From an uncultured Anaeromyxobacteraceae bacterium (lineage in GTDB: Bacteria; Myxococcota_A; UBA9042; DTJE01), in assembly GCA_964522105.1 (NCBI GenBank), contig CAZFVA010000009.1, positions 33,308-87,936 of the forward strand: a DNA stretch of 54,629 nt. The letters run 5' to 3'. Shown piece by piece: positions 8,687 to 18,035 of this stretch (within the stretch, counting starts at the first letter, position 1; every line of letters starts with the position of its first letter). The position numbers and the translations under genes are program-made. Below the pieces are notes generated by a model. It had not been told where the DNA came from and made no database searches. It saw only the letters and a program-made list of their open reading frames with translations.

Positions 8687-9796
8687 CTACGGATCGCTTG
8701 ATACGTCGGTCGGGAAGCCATTCCACTCGCAGCTTTCAATCGTCAATGTGAAAACGCCGTTGTTCATTTGATCAGAATCAACAATCAGATAGTAAGTATG
8801 GCCGCTTGCGGAAGCCGGGACGTTGTAGGTTAAGCCGTCGTCACCCCAGGCGACGCAGGATGAGGCGACGCAGCCGCTGCCAGTTTCTTCGATCATGTAA
8901 AGGTAAAGAAAGTTCTGAAACAGCGGCAGGGTCTGGGAAAGGCTGATTGTGATATTTCCTGACATTCCGGGGCCGACTACAAGTCGGTAAGCCTTTTCCG
9001 GGGCAGGGTTGTATGCAGTCCCGCATGCTTCGGGGTAGTTGAAAAGGGCTGATGTTGTGGTGCCGATGCTCCACGAAGTGTCACCGGATGCGCTGTTCAG
9101 ATCGACTGCACATTGCAGTGCGGTGCTTGATGGACTGCACATGCCTTCATTGACGCAGATTCCGTCTTTACACTCAACGCCGCCTTTGCATCCGGGCGCA
9201 CACGTGCCGCCGCACCCGTCATCGCCGCAAAGCTTGCCTGCACAGTTTTTAGTGCAACTGGTGCCGCAAATTCCAGTGTCATAGTTACAGAACTTGCCGG
9301 TTTCGCATTTTCCACCAGGGTTGCCGCAGGTGCCGTCACAGCCGTCGCTGCCGCATTCCCTGCCGTCGCAGTCGGGTTCGCATGTCTGTGCGACGCACCT
9401 TGATGTCAGCAGGTTACAGACAGGTTCCGGTGACTTGCATTTGCCGCACTCGCCGTCGCCGCACGGGTTGGGGCCACATCGCATCCAGGCAGGGCAGACC
9501 AGCGTGCACGGGCCGGTGTCCTCGACGATGTCGGGTACTTCGATGTTGTCTGTGCCGCCCACGTCGGCGCCGCTGTCACGCTGGTTTCCATGGTCAACTG
9601 CCTGAGTGTCAATGCCGGCGACATCCGGTTCAACTTTGTCACCCATCCCGTAGTCAACGATGACGGCTGGAAGCTCGGCGTAAGTTGTTTTGGAACAACC
9701 GGCAGTCGCGGCAATAATGCACAGAAACAATGGCAGGGAGTAACGTTTCACGATTTGACCTGTGTCAGCGCGGCTAAGTCGTCCAGGCACTGTCAC
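8687..9796 (-). CDS. Cys-rich lipoprotein with CGxDGCxGxC repeats and a C-terminal beta-sandwich (PPC-like) domain
   Basis: Lipobox TAGC; acidic linker; three repeats (CGPNPCGDGECG, CGSDGCDGTCG, CGDDGCGGTC); C-terminal TYYLIVDS..G.FTLTI. Its start overlaps the stop of the upstream gene. Confidence 0.7.
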   Translation of the reverse strand: MTVPGRLSRADTGQIVKRYSLPLFLCIIAATAGCSKTTYAELPAVIVDYGMGDKVEPDVAGIDTQAVDHGNQRDSGADVGGTDNIEVPDIVEDTGPCTLVCPAWMRCGPNPCGDGECGKCKSPEPVCNLLTSRCVAQTCEPDCDGRECGSDGCDGTCGNPGGKCETGKFCNYDTGICGTSCTKNCAGKLCGDDGCGGTCAPGCKGGVECKDGICVNEGMCSPSSTALQCAVDLNSASGDTSWSIGTTTSALFNYPEACGTAYNPAPEKAYRLVVGPGMSGNITISLSQTLPLFQNFLYLYMIEETGSGCVASSCVAWGDDGLTYNVPASASGHTYYLIVDSDQMNNGVFTLTIESCEWNGFPTDVSSDP

Positions 9797-11979
9797 TGGA
9801 GGCTTTCGTCCGCATAGTTGTGAACGACGAGCGGTGTTCCATCGTTCTTGACCCGTTCAACAAACGGGGTGTCCTGATTGGAACAGCAGACCCGTCCGAC
9901 ATCCCACATGTCCAGCATGCCCATGCCGCCGGTAAGTGTCTTTTCATAAACAGGCGTGCTGCTGTTGATGAAAACCTTGACTGTCGGGTATGACTTGCCG
10001 AATGTGTGGTCGTCATAATAATGAACGCCAACGCGGTAACATGCCGGAGCCGTTGTGGAATAAAGTGGATCCGGAATTGTGTACGTCCAGTTTTCAGGTC
10101 CGGCACCGTCGGTGTCATCACGATCCAGGTTAGGCTGACGCAGCGGATCGCCGGCGTTCTCGGTATCCCAGGTCGGATGCGGAATCATCCAGTAGCAGTC
10201 GTACTGCATATCAAAGAACCCGAAAGGGGCACCTGTTTCAGGATCCTTCGTCTTGCCGGTCGCCAGGGGATGGACCATGTGAAGGTCCATGTCCGCGCCA
10301 CAGTCGCGTTCCAGGAAACATTCGTCGGTCTGATCGGTGTCAGCCGGGGTGTTCCATGTCAGTTCGATGTGACAACCCTGTGGCGGTATGACCTTGACTG
10401 CCTTGCAGCATTTGTCCGAGCAACCGTCGTTATTGAAAACTTCCAGACAGAAGTTGTAGTCACCGACTACATGTGGCGAGAACTTCGGGTTTTCATAGGT
10501 TGCAGCCGGAATAAACAGACCGACAGAATCATTCGGCTGTTCAACAGTCCACAACTGGGAAGATATGCCGCCACCGACTGTGGGGTCATAGCTGTGGTTT
10601 GTGAACGTTATGTATTCATTATCGTTTTCGTCCATCGGCGTGATTTCGCCGTTGTCTGAAAGCTGCACACCACCGGCCAGCATTTCGAACTGGCAGACGG
10701 CGCATTCGGCTTCGACGCCAAGGCCTTTGATCGGCGTTTCTGAAACTTCCCGGGGGGAATTGTTTGCCACAAGAAGCGTTCCTTCGTCCGGAATCAATTT
10801 GCCATCGAGGTCCTTGTCAACACTGCCGGGAATGAACTTGACGACGAACGGCAGGCACTGGCCCGGTTCAATTGAAAGCGGGTGGGTTTCGTCGAAGGTG
10901 GCCAGAGTTGATACGTCCAGGCTGAAGTCCGGGCTGGAGTCTTCGCCGAAATAAATCTTTGAAACTTCCAGATTTTCGTCGCCGCAACTGCAGATATTGA
11001 CCGTTACGCCTTTGACGCCGGTTGCATACACGACCGAGCCAAAATCAATCAGTTCCGGGTTGACGGTGATGCACGGCCCGCCGAAATTGGCCTGAACTGT
11101 GGCTTCGTAGGCTTCACCCTGGGTCGCGTCAAAGTCGGGGTCGTTAGTCGTGAAACGGAATATTACCCGGGCCGGGATTTCGGAAATAGCCGTGTAGAAA
11201 ATTGGCATCTGAAGTTCGGATCCTGGCAGAACCACAATAGGATCTGCGCAGACGGTGTCGTCAATAACGGTCCGTTCACTTGACTCGGTGCTGTACATAA
11301 CTGGAATTCGCGCGCCCTTGTCTGTGGCCCACGGTTCCGGGTTTTCAGTGTCGAACTTTCTATTGCAGTCCCATTTGAAGGCAAATCCACTTGCGAATCC
11401 AATGGCTTCGATTTTGTAGATTTCAAGGTCTGCAAGGCCGGAGTTCGTAATCAGAAGCATTTCTTCGGCTGCATTCGGACCGACCGGGACAAAGCCCATA
11501 TCCAGCGGGTTCGGGGTCGCTTCAATTGACGGTTCAATTTCGGAACGTGTGATATTGATTGCAAGATTCGGGCGGTCCAGGTCGTTACTGACTATTGTAA
11601 CTGTGGCAGTCTTGCCGCAGAGGTCGGTCGGATCCAGGAACGTGACTGTTACCACCAGGAAAGTGTTATCACCTTCAACGGCAGCGCCGGCCGGGGCGAT
11701 CGTGTATGGGAAGCTCTGGTCGGTATCGACAACCATCGAAAACGCACTGGTAGTCCCGTCAGGGCACATCGAAGGCGTAATAGTCGGTGCCGAGCTTATG
11801 GTAAGAGGGGCATCGCCCGTATTCATGATTTTGATAGTATAAGTCGACGTCATCTGGACATCGGTACCCGACGGGTCGGTTTCGATACGTGGGTATTTTC
11901 CCTGAGTCGCATTGTCGCAGGCAGATACCATCGCAATTACGTAACAAAGAGCAATCGCGATCCCGATAAATTTTCTCAT
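9793..11979 (-). CDS. Lipoprotein with tandem ASH/choice-of-anchor-D Ig-like repeats, a PKD-like domain and a YfaP/DUF2135-like C-terminal domain
   Basis: Lipobox VSAC; repeats NTGDAPLTI, NSGLADLEI and IDFG..CGDENLEV; C-terminal IELTW..DMDLH..DCYW..NLDRDDTDGAGPEN..YRVGVHYY. Start re-called at ATG 11979. Confidence 0.75.
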   Translation of the reverse strand: MRKFIGIAIALCYVIAMVSACDNATQGKYPRIETDPSGTDVQMTSTYTIKIMNTGDAPLTISSAPTITPSMCPDGTTSAFSMVVDTDQSFPYTIAPAGAAVEGDNTFLVVTVTFLDPTDLCGKTATVTIVSNDLDRPNLAINITRSEIEPSIEATPNPLDMGFVPVGPNAAEEMLLITNSGLADLEIYKIEAIGFASGFAFKWDCNRKFDTENPEPWATDKGARIPVMYSTESSERTVIDDTVCADPIVVLPGSELQMPIFYTAISEIPARVIFRFTTNDPDFDATQGEAYEATVQANFGGPCITVNPELIDFGSVVYATGVKGVTVNICSCGDENLEVSKIYFGEDSSPDFSLDVSTLATFDETHPLSIEPGQCLPFVVKFIPGSVDKDLDGKLIPDEGTLLVANNSPREVSETPIKGLGVEAECAVCQFEMLAGGVQLSDNGEITPMDENDNEYITFTNHSYDPTVGGGISSQLWTVEQPNDSVGLFIPAATYENPKFSPHVVGDYNFCLEVFNNDGCSDKCCKAVKVIPPQGCHIELTWNTPADTDQTDECFLERDCGADMDLHMVHPLATGKTKDPETGAPFGFFDMQYDCYWMIPHPTWDTENAGDPLRQPNLDRDDTDGAGPENWTYTIPDPLYSTTAPACYRVGVHYYDDHTFGKSYPTVKVFINSSTPVYEKTLTGGMGMLDMWDVGRVCCSNQDTPFVERVKNDGTPLVVHNYADESLQ

Positions 11980-12069
11980 CTGTAACCTCAGGTTCGAATA
12001 AAGCGCCGCCACGGGATTTTACAGAATAAGTGCCTTCTGTAACAAGTGTATATTGGGCTTATGGATGAT

Positions 12070-13857
12070 TTAGATTCCGAATTTAGTGCGGAATTCGGTG
12101 TCCATGCCTTGTTGCGGGAAAATCCAGCCGGCCACAATAGACTTCATGCACTGAACCAGTTTCGGGTCATGCACGCCCACCGGGACAATGACCAGGTTAC
12201 TGATCTGGCCGGATTTCATCAGTATAAACGACAGGTTAATATCAATCGTTGAATCAACCTGGCGCGACATCGATGCCCGGCAACCCCTGAACTGGCCCAT
12301 CTTTCCAAGGAAGAAATCGTTGATTTTTTTGGTGTCCATCTGCTGGTTGCCCATACCGGTGACAGTCTTGGGCTCGACCTTGACTTCCTTGTCTACATGT
12401 CCGGTGCCGCTTTCCAGAAGCTTGCCGTACTTGGCGTACTCAACTTTGACATCTGAATTCACCCTGGCCAGTTCCTGCGTTGACGTCCTGACTTTTGGTT
12501 GTACAAGCAGGTCTGTGGCAGCGCCCGGTGCTTTCGCGGGCAGCGTACCATCTGCGGCAAGTGCGTTTACCGGTGCCGGGTGATTATGCTGTGGTGCCCC
12601 ATCAACACGGCCCGGTACTCTGATAATATCAGTGCCTTCTGTGTTCTGAACTTCGTCATTTTCATTCAGGGTCTTCAGGATGGCCGTATCGGGCAGGGCA
12701 CGCACCTTTTTTTCGGCAGGCTTTGTGTTTGCAGTGCTGTTTCCAGGCTTCACCGTTTGGGATTTCACATTTGACACTGGTTCTGCGGGTGAAAAATACA
12801 TGACAGCAGCAATCACGCTGCCTGTCGCGACCAGCGCCAGAATTCCACCGACTATCCACATCGTCAGCAACTTTCTGCGATGTGCGCTGTCCATTTTGTT
12901 GGCAAGGTGCCCCAGTTCATGAAGCTGCAGCGCCGATTCGGTCGGATGCGGTGTCGGCGGGATAATTGATTCGTCATCGTGATATGCCCAGGTTACCTGA
13001 GTCTTTTCAGGGTCGTGGGCCGGTGTCGTATGCCGCCCTTGACGGCGCTGGGCCATCGGCACTATCAGCGGTTCTTCGTCCTGAATCTCGGACGCCCTGC
13101 GGATATCAATTCGCGGGGAATCAAGACCTTTAAACAGTTCGTCCGCAAGGTCTCGCTTTTCGGCTGTTACAGGGGCCGGTTCTGACTTCTGATCTGCAAG
13201 CTGTTTTACCCAGGTCTTTCTGTGGGCACTGCCAGCATCGCCGGCAGGGGGAGCTGGCGGGTTAAAACCGGTCGATGATGTCGGTGACGTCCCTGACGCA
13301 TTGCTGTTGAATTCATCGGGGTTATCAAACGGGTTCGCCGGACGGCTTACGCTGGGACTGCGGTCCCTGGTGAAGTCCGGCAGACGGGCCATTACAGTTT
13401 TTTCGTTTTCGTCTCTGTCAATCTGTTCAGCTTCGGCCACCAGATCGGCAAGCTCGGCAAGGTCCCGCAGTCTGACCCACGAGCCCATCGGAGCCCGCCA
13501 GACAAACGTCCTGTTTGTGATTTTCTTTGAAGTCAGCAGTTCCAGAATTGCGTTGCGCGTCAACGGCCCCTGGCGCTGGCCCATAATCGTGATGTACCAG
13601 CTGTCGGAAGCTCCGGGGTTAATCGTTGCGTGGGAAACGACCTCACTCTTTAACTGAATCGTTGAAAATTCACGCGTCGTGCTTTTGACCGCGCTGCCTT
13701 TGCCGCCGACTGCGACGACGACTTCATGCGCGTTGTCCGACTTGTGAATTATGTGTTCCTGAGCGCATTTCCGGCAGATGAATCTGACCGGATGTATCTC
13801 GTACAAAGAAGGCTCGATCCGGTAACGTTTTCCACAGTTCTTGCAGGAAAAAACCAT
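12070..13857 (-). CDS. AgmX/GltJ-like protein: zinc ribbon + GYF_2 + disordered linker + TM helix + TonB-C-like (AgmX/PglI C-terminal) domain
   Basis: CKNC..CRKC N-terminus; WY..GQRQGPL...TFVWRAPMGSWVRL (GYF_2); one TM helix; C-terminal C...I..SGQI...L.QCM....WIFP. Confidence 0.78.
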   Translation of the reverse strand: MVFSCKNCGKRYRIEPSLYEIHPVRFICRKCAQEHIIHKSDNAHEVVVAVGGKGSAVKSTTREFSTIQLKSEVVSHATINPGASDSWYITIMGQRQGPLTRNAILELLTSKKITNRTFVWRAPMGSWVRLRDLAELADLVAEAEQIDRDENEKTVMARLPDFTRDRSPSVSRPANPFDNPDEFNSNASGTSPTSSTGFNPPAPPAGDAGSAHRKTWVKQLADQKSEPAPVTAEKRDLADELFKGLDSPRIDIRRASEIQDEEPLIVPMAQRRQGRHTTPAHDPEKTQVTWAYHDDESIIPPTPHPTESALQLHELGHLANKMDSAHRRKLLTMWIVGGILALVATGSVIAAVMYFSPAEPVSNVKSQTVKPGNSTANTKPAEKKVRALPDTAILKTLNENDEVQNTEGTDIIRVPGRVDGAPQHNHPAPVNALAADGTLPAKAPGAATDLLVQPKVRTSTQELARVNSDVKVEYAKYGKLLESGTGHVDKEVKVEPKTVTGMGNQQMDTKKINDFFLGKMGQFRGCRASMSRQVDSTIDINLSFILMKSGQISNLVIVPVGVHDPKLVQCMKSIVAGWIFPQQGMDTEFRTKFGI

Positions 13858-14058
13858 TCAAAATGCCTGTTCCGCCAGCGAACGGATTCTATCAGAGCCA
13901 TGTGAACGTACCAAGTTTATGGCAGCCTGAACAAACAAGGTTTTTCATGCAGGTTTTCCAAGATGTTACGCGTCTGCACGTTGATGGCTGTTTAAGGTCG
14001 CATTGGACATTAATTATGACTATGATATTGGGGAAACTGGTGTTGTGGTGATGTCCAG

Positions 14059-15678
14059 ATGACGAAAAGAAATCCGCGATTTTCCGTTTATTTTATTTTT
14101 TGTTTGTCAGCCATGTCTGCCATTCAGTCCGCCGGATGCGGGTCTTTGAAGTGTCCGGAAGGTACCGTCAGGGTAGGCGACTTCTGCAAGCGCGTCGATC
14201 CTGATACCGGCATTAACAACGACATTATTATTACTGTTGACACCGAAGATCCCCGGGATTCGTCCGAAGGCGACGTTCCTGATGATGTCCGCGTTGATGT
14301 GACCGGCGATACGAACGGCGATGTCGTTGTTGACGCCGGTGACGCCACGTTGATCGAGGATGTCGGCGACGTCAGTCAGTATCCGGCCGGTTATGTCGGG
14401 AAGGCGTGTAATACCCCGGCGGCCTGTCGCAGCGATGGCTGGCCTGATGGTAAATGTCTGTCATGGCCTAAGGGTTTCTGTGCCATGCCGGGTTGTGACG
14501 AAGACCTTGTCTGCCCGGATAATACGGTCTGTATGAACCTGGCGGCCGGCAGCACCGGTGCCGTATGTACATTGTCCTGCGTTGATGATTCAGATTGTCG
14601 TGAGATAAAAGACGCACTTGGCAACGGTTACGCCTGCAAAAGGATCGCGGACCCGAACGGTGTCTATAAATCAATCTGTTTTATGGAAAAGGTCGATCCG
14701 ATGCACGTTGGCGGTCCATGTGCAGCTCATGAAGCGTGTGCTGACGGAATGGGCTGCCTGCCAAATTTTGATGGCGGGTATTGCGCCGTGCTTAATTGCG
14801 ACGAAGCGAACGGATGTCCCGCCGGGACCGAGTGCGTCAGGTTGCAGGGCAGGGGCGTCTGCCTTGAAAGCTGTGCAACTTCGGAAGATTGCGCCGAATC
14901 GCGCGAATGTACTGTCGCTGATGTCGATTGCGTCGGACAGGTTCAGCTTTCCCGGGCGTGCGTCGAAATGAAGAATTTCATCACGCTGGACAAAACGAAG
15001 GTTTGTGGTTCCGGGACCGTCGGGAAGTCAGTTGGTGAACAGTGTCTGAATGAAACTGAATGTAAGTCAGGAAAATGTAACGTTTCTTACACCGGCACGT
15101 GCAGTGATTTTGATGTAACGAATCGGCGATGTCTGCTGGATTCCGACTGTTCAATTACCAAGGCTATCTGCAGGCAGAGCTCGGCAGACACATACGGTTT
15201 CTGCAGCGGCTCATGTTCCAGGACTGTCAACAGTTGCACCGAGCAGTCGGTCTGCGTTGAAACCCTTATCAACGACGTTCTGACCGGAATGTGTGTTCCA
15301 GGATGTACACCGACAAATCCTGAAGATCCTTTCAGCGAAAGTGATTGCTGGGAAGAGGCCGGGCTTCGTTGCATGTGGGGCGATACGCTGTTCCAGCCCA
15401 ATGTCAGATCCTGTGTCAGAATCGATGAAGGGGATCCGGGCATGTCCTGCCGCCGGGACACCGACTGCTACTCGGGACAGTGCATCGGTAAGACTGCGAC
15501 TGATGACGGGACCTGCACAATGGCCTGCATCGATGGCAGCAAGTGTCCATTCCCGACCATCTGTGAAGACGTTGACTCTGCAAAGTTATGTATGAAGCGC
15601 TGCCAGGCGACTCCTGACTGCCCCGGAACGATGTACTGCAAGGTCGGGACTTCCGGCGACTATTGTTCGGCGCCTTGA
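14059..15678 (+). CDS. Disulfide-rich repeat lipoprotein (58 Cys)
   Basis: Lipobox SAGC, D/V/T-rich linker, then four Cys modules each beginning (V/P)GxxC. Confidence 0.75.
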   Translation: MTKRNPRFSVYFIFCLSAMSAIQSAGCGSLKCPEGTVRVGDFCKRVDPDTGINNDIIITVDTEDPRDSSEGDVPDDVRVDVTGDTNGDVVVDAGDATLIEDVGDVSQYPAGYVGKACNTPAACRSDGWPDGKCLSWPKGFCAMPGCDEDLVCPDNTVCMNLAAGSTGAVCTLSCVDDSDCREIKDALGNGYACKRIADPNGVYKSICFMEKVDPMHVGGPCAAHEACADGMGCLPNFDGGYCAVLNCDEANGCPAGTECVRLQGRGVCLESCATSEDCAESRECTVADVDCVGQVQLSRACVEMKNFITLDKTKVCGSGTVGKSVGEQCLNETECKSGKCNVSYTGTCSDFDVTNRRCLLDSDCSITKAICRQSSADTYGFCSGSCSRTVNSCTEQSVCVETLINDVLTGMCVPGCTPTNPEDPFSESDCWEEAGLRCMWGDTLFQPNVRSCVRIDEGDPGMSCRRDTDCYSGQCIGKTATDDGTCTMACIDGSKCPFPTICEDVDSAKLCMKRCQATPDCPGTMYCKVGTSGDYCSAP

Positions 15679-15706
15679 TCGCCCTGACGTTTAATTGACC
15701 ATCTGA

Positions 15707-17164
15707 TTATGCGTTCGGCGGTTTTTGCGGTCCGGCAAATTCAGTAGATTCAACGCTGTCGTTACTGGTTACTTTTTCTGTCGGTTCGCCCTGGTTATGC
15801 ATCTGCGGGCCTCGCAGGCGCGGACTATCAATAAAAACAAAGCCTTCGTCGTCAACCGTTCCGTTCCATCCGGTAAGCACGTTGTCGGAATCAAAATCTT
15901 TGGTCGCCAGGGAAAGCAGATTTACCGGCCACTGCATCGAGTTGTATCCGTTAAGCACCAGTTCCCCGTACTCGGAAACTGATACTGACGATTCGGCCAT
16001 CGCGCGGCCAATTGAGCCTTCCTTGATTTGTCCGGGGCGCGACACAGTCATGAAACATGACGCTGTAACCGGGCCGAACACTGCCCACGTCGATATTCCG
16101 GCAGTTTCCAGTGTGTTTCTGACAACTGTCGCCAGGCCGGCAGACGTTGCATCGACTTCGCACAGAACGGTCCTCATGGCGCCGCCGGTAATGTCCCTGA
16201 CAAGATGTTCAACTGAAAGATCTGCCAGATTGTCGCGGAATCCTTTCGATTCGCGTCGTGAAGAAATCCTGTCGAGAGTTCTTTCAAAGCCCCACCGGGT
16301 CAGTTTTCCGCGCACGCCTTCAAGCAGGTCCAGTTCGGACCTGATACCTTGCGCAAGTGTGCCGGCCATTGCTTCGTCGCATATCACAAATGAAGGCCTG
16401 ATAAGGTAAAGGGACTCAATTGTGGCGCGACCCTGCGGGACAAAAGAGAACGTTCCACCCGAAGCGATTGCGCAGAACCAGGACGCCATGCGCATGAATG
16501 GTGTGCAAAACCCGTTCAGTGTCGTCCAGACGTCATTTTCATCAGCCATCAGTTGAGCCGTGACGGCCGCAGTCGTGTCCATCAGGTTCGAATGGCTGAG
16601 CGTTATAACTTCGGGCCTTCCATCAGGGGTTTCAAACAAAAACGAAGCGCCCGGACATACCGGGCCAAGCACGTTCAGCCTTTGTTCAACGTCAGGGTCG
16701 TCCTGTGAATCTTCAGGAATCGCAGCCGGTCCGGGAATACTGGTGCGCAGCGAATCGGCCTTCAGTCCGCGGAAAATATGCGAAAGCGGGGCAAGTGCGT
16801 CGGCGATTTCGACTGAATCGATGCCGGGACCGTCCAGAACTACAAAATAGGAACATCTTGATATCAGAACAGCCGAAAGGATTTTGTCCAGCGGAAGGTC
16901 AGCCGGGACGACGAACGGAACTACGGCCGCCGCCATCGCGCCGATTTCAATCGACAGGAAGTCAAAACCTGTCCCGCCGATAATTGCAATCCCGTCACCA
17001 GGTTTGACGTTTTGCTTTATCAGGCCTGAAGCGGCGGCCCAGGCAGCGTTCTTCAGGTCCACCCATGACGCTTCGGTTTCTGTGCCGAAGTCCATCAGCA
17101 CCGGTTTCGGTCCTAATTGTCTTGCTGTTGAACGGACTATATGTGGAATAGTTCGGTTTTTCAT
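15707..17164 (-). CDS. AMP-binding (long-chain acyl-CoA synthetase-like) protein with degenerate catalytic motifs
   Basis: VKPGDGIAI, ITLSHSNL, GSIGRAM, GELVLNG and TG.NG.VDDEGFVFI match the ANL fold; P-loop and C-terminal lid are not conserved. Confidence 0.72.
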   Translation of the reverse strand: MKNRTIPHIVRSTARQLGPKPVLMDFGTETEASWVDLKNAAWAAASGLIKQNVKPGDGIAIIGGTGFDFLSIEIGAMAAAVVPFVVPADLPLDKILSAVLISRCSYFVVLDGPGIDSVEIADALAPLSHIFRGLKADSLRTSIPGPAAIPEDSQDDPDVEQRLNVLGPVCPGASFLFETPDGRPEVITLSHSNLMDTTAAVTAQLMADENDVWTTLNGFCTPFMRMASWFCAIASGGTFSFVPQGRATIESLYLIRPSFVICDEAMAGTLAQGIRSELDLLEGVRGKLTRWGFERTLDRISSRRESKGFRDNLADLSVEHLVRDITGGAMRTVLCEVDATSAGLATVVRNTLETAGISTWAVFGPVTASCFMTVSRPGQIKEGSIGRAMAESSVSVSEYGELVLNGYNSMQWPVNLLSLATKDFDSDNVLTGWNGTVDDEGFVFIDSPRLRGPQMHNQGEPTEKVTSNDSVESTEFAGPQKPPNA

Positions 17165-17246
17165 GAAGGTTTTATATCATGGCCCGGCATCCCGGGTCGA
17201 CGTTTACCTCCGTTCGTTTGTGAACACAGAATCACTCCAGACATTA

Positions 17247-17275
17247 TTGACCTTTGCAAGGTCGTCTGATACATT
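17247..17275 (+). promoter_or_regulatory. Putative sigma70 promoter for tadA-tRNA-Ser with an overlapping inverted repeat
   Basis: TTGACC-17 bp-TACATT; inverted repeat GACCTT-tgc-AAGGTC at 17249-17263. Confidence 0.55.
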
Positions 17276-17300
17276 CTGCCCGCCTTTCGGGGTTGGATCT

Positions 17301-17750
17301 TTGCCAGAACTGCATGAATCATTCATGTCGGCAGCTTTTGCCGAGGCGGAAGAAGCATTCAAGGCTGGTGAAGTGCCGGTCGGGGCAGTTGTGGTTGTAG
17401 ATGGCGCTGTCGTCGCCGCGGATCGTAACAGGATCCGCGAGTTGAATGATCCGACGGCCCACGCTGAACTGCTGGTTCTTGGTCGCGCTGCTCGTGAAGG
17501 TATTGACCTTCGCAGGGCGACTTTGTACGTGACGCTTGAACCGTGCATGATGTGCGCCGGGGCGATTGTCCTGTCGCGAATCAAAACGCTGGTTTATGGC
17601 GCCGATGACCCGAAGACCGGGGCGGTCAGAAGCCTTTACACGGTGTTGAGCGATTCCAGGCTCAATCATCAGTGTCAGGTGATCCACGGGGTCGGGGCAG
17701 CGCGCAGCAGTCAGATTCTGAAAGGGTTCTTTGAAATGCTCAGAAAGTAA
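17301..17750 (+). CDS. tadA: tRNA adenosine(34) deaminase
   Basis: GEVPVGAV, DPTAHAE, TLEPCMMCAGA and YGADDPKTGA motifs. Start is TTG 17301 or ATG 17325; the ORF-track extension to 16884 overlaps the opposite-strand gene. Confidence 0.93.
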   Translation: MPELHESFMSAAFAEAEEAFKAGEVPVGAVVVVDGAVVAADRNRIRELNDPTAHAELLVLGRAAREGIDLRRATLYVTLEPCMMCAGAIVLSRIKTLVYGADDPKTGAVRSLYTVLSDSRLNHQCQVIHGVGAARSSQILKGFFEMLRK

Positions 17751-17751
17751 T

Positions 17752-17838
17752 GGAGAGATGACCGAGCGGTCGAAGGTGTACGACTGGAAATCGTATGGGG
17801 TGTTACAGCCCCCGGGGGTTCGAATCCCCCTCTCTCCG
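17752..17838 (+). tRNA. tRNA-Ser(GGA)
   Basis: Acceptor stem GGAGAGA/TCTCTCC, anticodon arm TACGA-CT-GGA-AA-TCGTA, long variable arm, GGTTCGAATCC T-loop; CCA not fully encoded. Confidence 0.96.
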
Positions 17839-17863
17839 CCGTGGTTCGTTATTTTTGAAAACT

Positions 17864-17951
17864 GGAGAGATGGCCGAGCTGGTCGATGGCGCCTGATTCG
17901 AAATCAGGTGTGGGCGTAAGCTCACCGGGGGTTCGAATCCCTCTCTCTCCG
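17864..17951 (+). tRNA. tRNA-Ser(CGA)
   Basis: Acceptor stem GGAGAGA/TCTCTCC, anticodon arm CCTGA-TT-CGA-AA-TCAGG, long variable arm, GGTTCGAATCC T-loop; CCA not fully encoded. Confidence 0.96.
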
Positions 17952-18035
17952 CCTCACATATCTGTTGTCGTGCATCTGGCTGTGGCGCAGTGGTGCGCCG
18001 TTTTGTATAGTCAGTCAGATTATTCTGGAAGACTT

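Noticed and set aside
16884-17300. Long N-terminal extension of TadA
   Set aside because: Overlaps the opposite-strand gene and the predicted promoter.
17886-18035. N-terminal extension of the MEMO1-family ORF
   Set aside because: Reads through tRNA-Ser(CGA).
17752-18035. tRNA-Ser genes as an integration site for an island
   Set aside because: No integrase, and no duplicated tRNA 3' end was noticed elsewhere in the window.
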